Shown: in pieces, positions 1 through 9,316 of the stretch
How the letters are laid out: each line of letters opens with the position of its first letter
Position numbering within the stretch: the first letter of the stretch is position 1
From: Zygophlyctis sp. KS116
Lineage: Eukaryota; Fungi; Chytridiomycota
Length of the DNA stretch: 10,502 nucleotides
Direction: 5' to 3'
Assembly: GCA_054661495.1 (NCBI GenBank)
Contig: BAAFSQ010000323.1
Span: 1-10,502, forward strand
The notes under the pieces: model-generated
Told to the model about the DNA's origin: nothing
What the model saw: only the letters and a program-made list of their open reading frames with translations
The model's database searches: none
Position numbers and translations under genes: made by a program

Positions 1-127
1 CTGATTTTTCCCTTGTCTGATCATTAAAAAGTGCTGATTGTTGACGTTGAATAGGATTAAATTCAGTTGGAAGACTTATCGTTGCCGAAAGTCTTCGAAG
101 GAGTGGGGCTGGAAGTTTTAGACTCAT
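1..127 (-). CDS. Hypothetical protein, 5' end only (runs off the window edge)
   Basis: ATG at 127 opens a frame with no stop down to position 1: MSLKLPAPLLRRLSATISLPTEFNPIQRQQSALFNDQTREKS. It begins 51 bp after the ECHS1 stop, with TGACGTAA 12 bp upstream. No homology recognised. Confidence 0.5.
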   Translation of the reverse strand, partial: MSLKLPAPLLRRLSATISLPTEFNPIQRQQSALFNDQTREKS

Positions 128-139
128 TACTGGCTCTAG

Positions 140-147
140 TGACGTAA
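140..147. promoter_or_regulatory. CRE-like motif TGACGTAA in the 51-bp gap after ECHS1
   Basis: Matches the fungal Atf1/Sko1-type CRE variant T(G/T)ACGT(C/A)A, 12 bp upstream of the ATG at 127. Confidence 0.35.
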
Positions 148-178
148 GTTTTTAAATCGAGATCAAGACATTGTTCTT

Positions 179-1128
179 TTACTCATGAGTAAATTTAGCT
201 GCTCTCTTTTCTGAGAATGCAGTCATTCCTTCTTTTTGATCTTTCTAAAAATTAAAAAAAAACTTGAAAATACCGTTGCAAAAAGACTATGGAAAAGACG
301 ACGTTCATAATCAAGACCTTGAGTTAAACCCATTTCAAAAGACTTATTAATGGCTTCTTTTGCCATTAAAACTGATGGTAGTGAATATGAAGCTATTTCT
401 TGAGCAACTTTAATAGTTTCTTCAACCAATGTTTCAACAGGATAAATTCTAGATACTAGTCCTGCTTTTTCTGCTTCTTGTGCAGTTATAGGTTTTCCAG
501 TTAAAACTAGATCCATAGCCTTTGATTTTCCAACTGCTAAAGTAAGTCTTTGCGTGCCACCAGCACCTGGAATAACTCCCAATTTGATTTCAGGTTGTCC
601 AAACTTTGCTTTTTCTCCAGCAAATATCATATCACACACTTTGTTTTAATTTTGTACAATTACTCATTGCGATTTCACATCCACCGCCAAATGCAACACC
701 TGAAATTATTATAAAATTTAAAATACCATTCACAGCAGCAATAATAGGTTTTCTAGTAGTATTGATTGCCGTCCAATCTCCTAAAAAGTTTTGTTTATAA
801 TTTGAAACAAATTCCAATTCCTTCATTTCCTTGATATCCGCTCTAAAGTTACTAAACAAAACGCACCCTGCAGCAAATGCTTTTTCACTACCGGTAAGAA
901 CAATCGCTCCGATAGAATCATTAGATTCAAACTCTTTAAGTGCCTCATTAAGTTCCAACATCAGAGGTGTAGAAAGAGCATTTAAAGCTTTTGGGCGATT
1001 CAATGTCACAATTCCTACTCGGTCTTTTGTAGACACTACAAGATTTGAATAGCTTTTACCTTGATTTAATTATCATAATTGTTACCAGTCGAGGAAGAAG
1101 AAAAACGTCTCAAATTTCTAATCATCAT
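179..1128 (-). CDS. ECHS1: Mitochondrial short-chain enoyl-CoA hydratase (crotonase family), 272 aa, 6 exons
   Basis: Exons 1128-1086, 1059-867, 842-727, 699-664, 638-274, 244-179 (819 nt). Introns of 26, 24, 27, 25 and 29 nt, all GT-AG and phase-consistent. The spliced protein restores crotonase motifs: [65 protein letters not shown], and C-terminal [17 protein letters not shown]. Both catalytic Glu positions are present (GGGCE, QPE). The N-terminus [12 protein letters not shown] resembles a mitochondrial presequence. Confidence 0.96.
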
Positions 1129-1149
1129 TTTAATAAAACGCAAAAATAT

Positions 1150-3630
1150 TTATAATGTTACATCATGCATTTCCCAAGTTCCCAAATCGCCCAATCCAAT
1201 ATCCTATAATTTAGTAAAATAAATATATTACTGCAATATCGGATGAGTTTTCACGCATATATTTCATGTTTGGCGAAGGACTTAACATGATTGGCGCTGA
1301 TTTTGTTGTTGACAAATCACTTGCATTCTTCTTCAAGGAGTGGTTTTCCTCTGGATCTTTGGGATAAGTCGTGGAATGAATTTCCGAATTACAGTCTGAA
1401 AAAGTATCAAGTTCATCAGTCCACTCTTCATTCCAGGATGGTCCCTCTATGTATATTTTACCTCCTCTATTGCTATTTAAAGATTTAGAGTCTAGTGGAG
1501 ATGCAGAATAGCGGGGTCCTGTTCGAGGAAAATGGTGATTTAATCTTTCTAGTCTTTGATAATAATCTCGGAGTTTGGTTTTTAAGGAATCTTTTTCTCT
1601 TTTTCTAGAAACAACCGGTGTTTTATCCATTTCTGATGAGATTACAGTCACAATAATTATAAGAGTTTGTCCGATTTCATGTCGAACATGTTTGTTTTCA
1701 TCATTCAAGAAAAGTATCCCTAATTCTACTAGTTTAGGAATAAATGATGATGATTCAGTATTATTAATGGTTGAGCCTCCACAAAGTCTTTTGCAGAAAA
1801 AATCTATTCTGTCATTGGGTTCGAGAACTCTCATAATCACTTGAAAGCACTTTAAAATTGACTGGGCTACATTATTAGACTCATTTTTCTAATAATTTAA
1901 AATAGTTGGAATGTACCTTTGAAACATCAATTGATAATTTCTTCCATAAATAGATCAAATCGTCAAGGACAGTCCATTTATAAGTAGCTTTTTCATCATC
2001 TGATACACATAGCTTTAGGATGTGAGGGATAATCATATTTTCCACAACAGAAAAAGCAGGATGGATCAGATTTGACAGTTTGTTTGCATTTTTATCTGAG
2101 GAATTCCGAAGAATTGTATTCAATACAGTTCGTGACTCTTTCTTGGTGTTTTGATTCTTCAGATTCTGTAAAAAATCATCCTTCTCTTCTAATGATTCAC
2201 TCTCTTTTAATTTAGGAATCAGAAATGGAATAAGACATATTAAACCTTTAAGAGAATGGACATATATAGCATCGTCAATATCATCCAACCCAATCAAAAG
2301 CTAAAGAAATTAACTAAAATAAATCACCTCTTCAAATAGAAATTGAATAAAATAAGGATCCCATGCTAACAATTGTTGAATAAAGCTTTTGATTAGATTT
2401 TATAAGAAATACCATGGGATTAAGCGCAAGCATAGTATTCTGACTTCATATCGGCGGGTTAACAACGCAGTTTCGATGAACGGAAGAATTTTCTGTACAT
2501 AAACTTCATTCGAAATTAAGGGACAGTTAGAGTCTTCTTGTAGATTAGTGAAAGAGATACGTTGAACTGCGGTCTGAGATGCAGGTTTTGGATTCCATTT
2601 TACACCAAATAACTCTTTAAAAATGGACTCTACCCCTGGCTCAGAAAAATTTTCTAGAACTAGCATGAGTGGTAAGACGATTTCAGAAACAGCATACGGT
2701 GATAAACATCTGAGCTTCATTGGCAACTGACTATAGTTTTCAAATTAAAATTAACTTGTACCTGAACATTCTTATTTTGATATCAACTGGAATATTGATT
2801 AGTCCTTGAAATGTTTCAATTACATCAATCAATACGTTATCTTTAAAAAATGAGGCATCCAGCAACAATTTGGTGCTATAACGGGAATCGGGATTTCGTA
2901 TTAACATGTTATCAAGTAGATCTTGTAGCTCTCGCCAACCCATCTTTTCCGAATCATTTGAGTGAATATACGAAGGACTAATAAATGGTGAAATAACTGT
3001 GCTGATCAATTGGCCAAGTGCAAAATAATCTCTAGATTCTGTAAATGTGGATTCTAAAGTTTTATCCACATCTTCTGGTGGAATACTTTCTTCCGGGATA
3101 TATTTATCCACGATTTTGATGAATTCATCATTAACATCACTGAAAGCTTTGATGAATTCCATTCCCCCTAGAACCCATCGTCCATCTTGCGCTAAATAAA
3201 TAGAAGATAATGACAAGTTGTTATGAGCGATTGAATTTGAATGAAGAAAATGAACAGTTTTTAGCAAACTATGAATTCCAATGCATATTTTATCAGGGCC
3301 AAGTTTCTGTAAAACGGAAGAGAGAGGAGTGACATTTTCTGTAACGATATATATTTCTGTTTTATCAAAATCGGCCTTGAGATATCTAATTATTCCTAAT
3401 TTTTACTTAATTCAAAAATAATTACCGGGATGTCTTATAGTTTTGATTTTTTTGATTGCATTTTGCAAAAGATCGAAATTATCGTTTAAAATTTGTTCTT
3501 TGTTTTTAAATACAGAGAAGATCTCTCCATTCGCTTTGGATGTTGCATTGTAATGATTTAAAAAAATCCCTTCCATAATTAAATCATTTAAATTGTATAA
3601 GCTCTTGAGTTTGCTTTCTGAGCCTCCCAT
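1150..3630 (-). CDS. SCYL3: SCY1-like pseudokinase with HEAT repeats, SCYL3/PACE1 type, about 769 aa, 7 exons
   Basis: Exons 3630-3426, 3395-2762, 2730-2413, 2385-2328, 2300-1917, 1888-1232, 1203-1150 (2310 nt). Introns of 30, 31, 27, 27, 28 and 28 nt. Motifs typical of SCYL3: N-myristoylation start MGGSESK, KTIRHPGIIRYL, IYIVTENVTPL, FLHSNSIAHNNLSLSSIYLAQDGRWVLGGME, SIPPED, RDYFALGQL, then HEAT-like segments (YEVRILCLRLI, LLIGLDDIDDAIYVHSL). The last exon (DIGLGDLGTWEMHDVTL*) is less certain; without it the gene stops at 1211. Confidence 0.88.
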
Positions 3631-3776
3631 CTGTTATTATTAAAATTGAGTCTTCCCCGTTAGGCCTGTCCCGCTTCTAAAGCGATTGACATCACTTTCT
3701 CAAGTAATTTCGGACATTGCTAAACCAGATAGAACAGAAAGAAATAACCATTTTAAACACAAATTTCATTTCACCA
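3631..3776. promoter_or_regulatory. Putative bidirectional promoter (146 bp) between SCYL3 and the + strand hypothetical gene
   Basis: Divergent start codons at 3630 (-) and 3777 (+). Locally GC-richer core (about 3648-3700) containing TGACATCA at 3687-3694. Confidence 0.6.
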
Positions 3777-5646
3777 ATGGATCAGATCGAGGAAACAAGC
3801 GATATTGTGCTGACAAGAGGCACAGAAGTTGAACTGTACTTTGGCGTCGCTGAACCCGATAATCTTCCAAAAGATTCAGGTCAACCAAAAATAATATCTA
3901 CAAAATATAAAGTAGATGGTAAGATTTATAAAAGATGCATTTCTGGAAATTCCATAGTAAGATCAAACTTGTTTAGAGGTTCGGACAAGAAATCTCTTTC
4001 AGATACAATGATAGCAAATCTTGCGACTGCAAATAAAGCCTTAGGAACTACATCATCTTCTAGAAGTGAAAGCAATTTAAAAAGAATTAGAACACCAGCT
4101 AAAGCAATTCATATCCCCGTGGCAAGGAATGAGGATCAGTTGAATTCTAAAAAAAGGCTCACAAAATCAGCATCTGCAAGTATTGATACAATTTATAGAA
4201 AATCTAGCGCAGTAATTAATTTATATTAAGCTATAGATCAATGAAAATATAGCCGAGAAACAGAGCAGTATGCGGGAAATCAAACTTGAAAAATTAGAAA
4301 AAGAACAAAGCAATATTAATCTACTACAGAGTCTGAAAATATCAATGGACGAAACCAGTGTCATTAATCAAAAAAACAAAAAGGGGTCAGAAGAGAAGGC
4401 TGATAATCGATCTAGAAACTCAATAACTTCAGCGCAAAAACACAGATTGCAAGTGCCCAAATGCTGGGAGTCACACTCAAATCATATTAAATCGCATTCT
4501 AAATTGAAACAAAAGTTCCCAGAAGAGCGATTGTTCAAGAAAGCTTATACTCCAATTGTGGATGTCAATAGCCAATATAATTTCATAGCCCAAGGTGAAA
4601 ACAGTAAGCTTGCTTGGGTTCATAGAATGATTTTTCCCGATTTCAAGGATGAAACTGAACCTATTGAATATGAACAGTCTTGCTACTTTAAAAAGAAGTC
4701 TCATAAAGATCATCAAAGACATTCACATTTGGAAAAACATCCTTTAGCTCTAGGAAAGGCGCATTTTGAGTGTTCGGACATTCAGATTACCACTACGGAG
4801 AAAACAGCTGTAAAAACTATAGAAAAATCATTCAATCTTTCTCTTAATACCATTCAAAAAAAAGTAGCATTTTGGAATTTGGGAGATGATTTGATACCAC
4901 AAAACTTTCTTGTTGAATCTCCATTGAATAAAAAAGTTAAAGATAAGTTGTCAGATCTACCTTTCAAGGCGGACAACAATACGGTAATTTTAATTTAATG
5001 TAAGTCTATAGACATCATTATTAAAAACAGCAACGGTCGGCCTTCAAACCTTAAATTCTGAATCCACCAAACAGCCAATAAAAGTGTCTAGCCTAATATG
5101 TGTAGAGACTTCAGGATGGGATAATGCTCAAACTTTAAAATTGAAATTTCAAGATTTTAAGGATTTCAAATCAGAGTTGATCTTTGATCCTGATGAAAAA
5201 ATTAATCACAAATTAGATATGACTTCTCGTTCAATGCCACAACAGACAGTTGAACCTTATTATGCAGATGAAAATTCATTGATAGCTCGTGGTCATGATA
5301 TATTTAAATTTAGTCAGAAGAAAATTGAAAAGCCCATAAATTTTTCGGACGGAATCGAAATGATCCAATTTATTGTTGAACTTAACCGAAGAATTTCGAT
5401 TTTTCAAAGGTAAAATATTCGATTAGTTAAATCAAAAGAATATTTAAATGCAAGAGATCATCTTTTCAATCAGTAAAGGCGCAAACAAGAACATCTACTC
5501 AACAAGAGTCTAAATTCTGGAAAGCATTCACTGAAGCGATAGAATTATTAAAAAGAGAATTCCCTAATCAGTTTATGGAATTGGAAATCTCCCCAACGAG
5601 AATACCTTTGAAGCCTCAATTCGAAAAGATTATAAAAATAATTTAA
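3777..5646 (+). CDS. Hypothetical protein, about 595 aa, 4 exons, Lys/Ser-rich, no recognised domain
   Basis: Exons 3777-4211, 4237-4983, 5012-5409, 5439-5646 (1788 nt). Introns 4212-4236 (25 nt), 4984-5011 (28 nt) and 5410-5438 (29 nt) join three track ORFs plus a terminal exon in frame. First ATG is at 3777; the track's start at 3717 is a TTG. Confidence 0.8.
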
Positions 5647-5678
5647 GATCATATTTAGATAGATGCATGTCTGCATTC

Positions 5679-6078
5679 TTATTTCTTAAAGAAGAAGCTT
5701 ACGATCCAATCATACAATCCCACTGTCTTAACTTCAATATTTTTCTAGCCGGATTAGATATCATCGGTTACCTTTGAGCTAGACTTTTTTACTGGACTTG
5801 GCTTTTCAATCTTTGTGTTATTAGTCGTGGCAACTTTTCTCAAAGAGCGTCTGGGAGTTTTAGATGATGATCTTTCAACTTTGGCTCTTGATTTTGGTGT
5901 ATTGAAGTTTGATGCCTTGGATCTCGGCGATCGTTTAGGAGATGCTACTTTAACTGCTGGTTTTTTGGGAGAAACTGTAGATTTCTTCGGACGTCCGACT
6001 TTCTGTGCATTAATTGCAAATGATCGATACCTTGCCAGGATTTGCCTTTTTGGAATTATTTCTAGTTGATACTTTCAT
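5679..6078 (-). CDS. Small, highly basic protein (114 aa) with AT-hook-like GRP motif, S/TPxK/R motifs and aromatic amphipathic C-terminus; histone H1-tail-like
   Basis: Exons 6078-6031, 6002-5772, 5744-5679. Introns 6030-6003 (28 nt) and 5771-5745 (27 nt, CTAAT branch-like site). Protein: MKVSTRNNSKKANPGKKVGRPKKSTVSPKKPAVKVASPKRSPRSKASNFNTPKSRAKVERSSSKTPRRSLRKVATTNNTKIEKPSPVKKSSSKKNIEVKTVGLYDWIVSFFFKK. It fills an otherwise empty 550-bp gap and is absent from the ORF track. Confidence 0.78.
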
Positions 6079-6111
6079 CTCAGCTGGTGTTCGGAAGTTA
6101 ACGACTTTTTA

Positions 6112-6119
6112 TGACATCA
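6112..6119. promoter_or_regulatory. CRE-like motif TGACATCA upstream of the small basic protein gene
   Basis: One mismatch to the palindromic CRE TGACGTCA, 33 bp upstream of the ATG at 6078. The same 8-mer occurs in the divergent promoter. Confidence 0.35.
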
Positions 6120-6193
6120 TTTAAACATTTTCAGCAGTGCAATAATCAACTAGATCACTCAACAAAATTTTAAATATCAGCATATGTTTTCAA

Positions 6194-8135
6194 CTATTCA
6201 ACAATTCTGCAATGGCTAGATAATGCTGTAATCTTTGAATGTATCTTACTTCGAGCTTTCTCAATATCCAAGATTAATGTTTTTTGATTTCCTGGATCTG
6301 ATATATCATTTAAAATCAGACTTTCTAATTCAGTCATAATTTGCGATTCAATTTGTCTCAAAAGTGCAGTCACGCCAACGTCTGGTCCAAATATGTTTTC
6401 GAGTTTGATAATCTTTTTTTCAGATTGATTGTTCCCATTTTTTAAATTTTTATCAAGTTCTACTTCTATGCTTACCCGTTTCTTTGTAGTATTTACTGCA
6501 TTCGATGACATATCCAGACTTGTATCTAAATTGGAAAATGTGTAAAGTATTTCAATTAACTGGGTAGCGTCTTCGATAGCATTTGTCATTTCTTGCAAAA
6601 TGTTTTGGTAATTATAAAACATGTTTTGTGGATAATCCTTTGCATCAGTATCTTCAATAGGTCGGGTTGGTTTTTGTGATATCATGCACTTTAATGGTAA
6701 CTTTTCTCCCAAGAAATTCTGTAATTTGGTCCATTTTTTACGGAGCGCATCCAATTCTTCGTTTGTTTTTTTAGAATTGGAATCCATAGATGACTTTTTG
6801 ATAAGATGAGCTGAAACATTCTCGCCAAAAAAAGAATGCAATCGATTGGATCTTCTTACCATGGTTGCTTTTTTGTCGGCTTCCTCATCAGAATCATTTT
6901 CTGAGTCATCGCTGACAATAGTCTCAGGCTCTCTAGATAGTTGAGAAACCTGTCGAAGAAGTTCTTTTTGACTTAGTTGCTCCCTATAGATTTTAGAAAA
7001 CTAATGAATCATTACCCAAACTTTTTCTTTAGCTTGTAATTTTTATCAACTAGGAGAGCTTTATCAACTATGCTTTCTAAATAGTATGAGCTAGTCAGAT
7101 CTAAGTCCTTTTTGTTTGCAAAAAATCTGCTCTGTACTTTGGTCAAAATCTGATTCCGGTCAACTGCCAGCTTATCTAAATTTGTTGCTGACGCTACAAA
7201 TCCTGCAATTGACTTTTCAGTTACTTTTCCAATATTCACATTTGATTCACTAAATAATCGCTCTAGTATATGTAAGGTATCCTTTAGATTAATTTTGAAG
7301 GATAAATTCTTTGAGTCGGTCGAGCTCACGTCATTAAGTGGATGTTTCTTCAAAAATGAATCAGTAACAAGTTTGAGACTCCAACAGACTTCATGAAAAG
7401 CATCGTCAAATATCGCAGGATCTCCTCCCTTCATTCCTGTGAGCCTAGAAACAATATTGACCTTAATTTCCTTGTCTACATTAATTAGAACCGGTGCATT
7501 AGGCATTATATAAACTAATGCCAAGTACACTTTAAATATTTCAGGTGATATGATTTTCTTCTTTGATGCATTCATATCAAGAAAAAAAAGCATATTCTCC
7601 AAACTGGTTGATTCCACTAAGAAATTGTAAAACTTGCTCTCTAGTTGTTGATCATTTAATATTTGAAGCAAAGTCTCTGAAAAATCATGATCTGAAAGAA
7701 TCTTTGGACTTATTCTGTCTAGTCCGTATTCTTGCTTATTACCTATTAATGAGAAAACAATTGATTACTATCCGTGTAGCTGAAAATTCGGACAATACTA
7801 CCGTTTGTTAGATGATTTCCGACATTCCAATCTAAATGAAATGGGATCCAATCTTCTGATGCTACAATGCAACATGGTACAAGTTTTCCAGTCTTCAGAT
7901 AATAATCAGCTTCAATATTGCAAGCTAAACTTTCAAAGGATGTAGATTTAGCAACTGACAATTCAAAGTCTTCACTCTCCCTCATGATAATTTTCAGTTT
8001 AATAAAGTTAGAAACAGACACTTTGCTGGAATTAATTCTTCTGATGATATTTCGATTGGCCGATTGGTCGTCCGATACTGGAAGTGGCAAAAAAGTAATC
8101 GCTGAATCTGATCTTTCTGAATCAGCTCTTGCCAT
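6194..8135 (-). CDS. RGS-domain protein with putative N-terminal ubiquitin-like domain and repeated KLxxFFG-type motifs, about 627 aa, 3 exons
   Basis: Exons 8135-7769, 7742-7016, 6983-6194 (1884 nt). Introns 7768-7743 (26 nt) and 7015-6984 (32 nt). RGS-like signature at about 7680-7365: LLQILNDQQLESKFYNFLVESTSLENMLFFLD...YIMPNAPVLINVDKEIK...IFDDAFHEV. Compare canonical F..FL..E.S.EN..F...YI...AP.EINI...FD.A..EV. Confidence 0.82.
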
Positions 8136-8214
8136 TTCTAGAATATGAATAGGATATATAATCAAGCACCTTTAATCAAATTCATAATCTCAAGATATTT
8201 ATTACCGAGACTAA

Positions 8215-8254
8215 ATGACGTTATTACCAAACCCAATGATATGTATGACGTTAT
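8215..8254. promoter_or_regulatory. Direct repeat of ATGACGTTAT (CRE/ATF-like), 30-bp period, upstream of the RGS gene
   Basis: Identical 10-mers at 8215-8224 and 8245-8254 in the 141-bp intergenic gap. TGACG is the known half-site of ATF/CREB-type bZIP factors. Confidence 0.5.
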
Positions 8255-8276
8255 AGGCTTCACGATATATATATCA

Positions 8277-9301
8277 TTACTTCTTTGCCTTCTTTTTCCT
8301 TGATTTACTCTTTGCGGTACTGCCTGTTAAAGTCCAAATCTTTGCAAATGTCTGGCTTGAGACTCGTTCCGAAATATGGATCTTTAGCTTATTTTTGCTG
8401 ACATCCTTCCTTTCTTTCATGGTGGCAAGAATAGCCAATGATCCGCTTTCATCTATGAAATTCAATGATAAATCCAATTCTTTTAATGTTGTATTAACGG
8501 TACCAAATACTGATCGAATTGCATCTAGTGAATATATTCCGGAAATGGCCTGATTTTTTATTTCATTCGATTTCATATAAAGCTCTTCAAGGCATATATT
8601 ATTAGATAGTGCTCTGCATATAGAAATCAACCCTGAATCTCCTATTTGATTTCCATCCAAATTTAATAGCAAAAGATTACTTATTGATGAAAAAGTCGCA
8701 AATAATTTTGGACAATCTTTTAATCCACAATATTTGAAACTTAGCCTCTTGATCGATCCAGTTTGATTTAAGCTGGAGTTTTGAATTATATCAAGAGCAC
8801 CATCTCCTATTGGGTTATGATCTAGTTCTAAACAAACAATCGTCTTGGTTTCTTTAGCCACCTTGCACAAAATATCGCACGATTCATATGTGATCTGACA
8901 ATTAGTCAATTGAACTGTTTGGATAGCTGGGTGAGACAGATAAAATTGACCCTGGAATGTAAAATATTGACTCTTACCAATAATCTAATTATATGAAATG
9001 GTGTGGGTGAGTTCCAGACAGCAATAAAAGCCAACTGATCATAAGTTCTAAATGCCTCAGATATAGAGCTTATATCTGATGAGGTTAATTCAGCTGAAGA
9101 TAAAATTATTCTGTCACATTTTGCCGAATTATCTGCTGATTTTTTAATTCGAACAAGAATTTGTGGTAGCGGAGCAGAGGCAAATTGTTTGCAAAATGCA
9201 AGATATTTACAAGATAGTTCTGTAATTTGTTCTGCTATCTTTTCATCATTTTTTGTCTTTTTAGATCCCTTTTTGCTGGACTTCTTCTCACCCTTTTTCA
9301 T
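8277..9301 (-). CDS. Leucine-rich repeat protein, RNI-like (LRR_6 type), 332 aa, 2 exons
   Basis: Exons 9301-8978 and 8951-8277; intron 8977-8952 (26 nt, GTAAGA...CAG). Repeats of about 28 residues: LELDHNPIGD, LSFKYCGLKD, LNLDGNQIGDSG, LYMKSNEIKN, LDLSLNFIDESG. Both termini are Lys-rich. Confidence 0.9.
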
Positions 9302-9316
9302 CAGATGGGAAAGACA

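Noticed and set aside
67-192. Alternative plus-strand gene end (LEDLSLPKVFEGVGLEVLDSLLALVT, intron 144-167, HCSFTHE*)
   Set aside because: All three plus frames have stops within 1-30 and no good upstream donor exists. The minus-strand ATG-127 frame is more parsimonious, but RNA data are needed to exclude this fully.
178-193. Perfect 16-bp palindrome TTTACTCATGAGTAAA over the ECHS1 stop codon
   Set aside because: One palindrome of this size is not unexpected by chance in 10 kb of AT-rich DNA, and nothing similar occurs at other gene ends.
606-1844. Plus-strand ORFs 606-800, 831-1052, 1291-1488 and 1575-1844
   Set aside because: Antisense shadows of ECHS1 and SCYL3 with non-ATG starts and no recognisable features.
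3919-4624. Donor-like GTAAG sites inside exons of the + strand gene (about 3919 and 4603)
   Set aside because: The nearest AG would give 16- or 22-nt introns, below the observed range and frame-breaking, and the ORFs are open through them.
5663-5676. Small hairpin ATGCA-TGTC-TGCAT in the convergent gap
   Set aside because: A 5-bp stem is too weak to call a terminator, especially in a eukaryote.
5815-6069. Plus-strand 84-aa ORF
   Set aside because: GTG start, and it is the antisense of the basic protein's exon 2. The minus-strand model has an ATG, canonical introns and coherent motifs.
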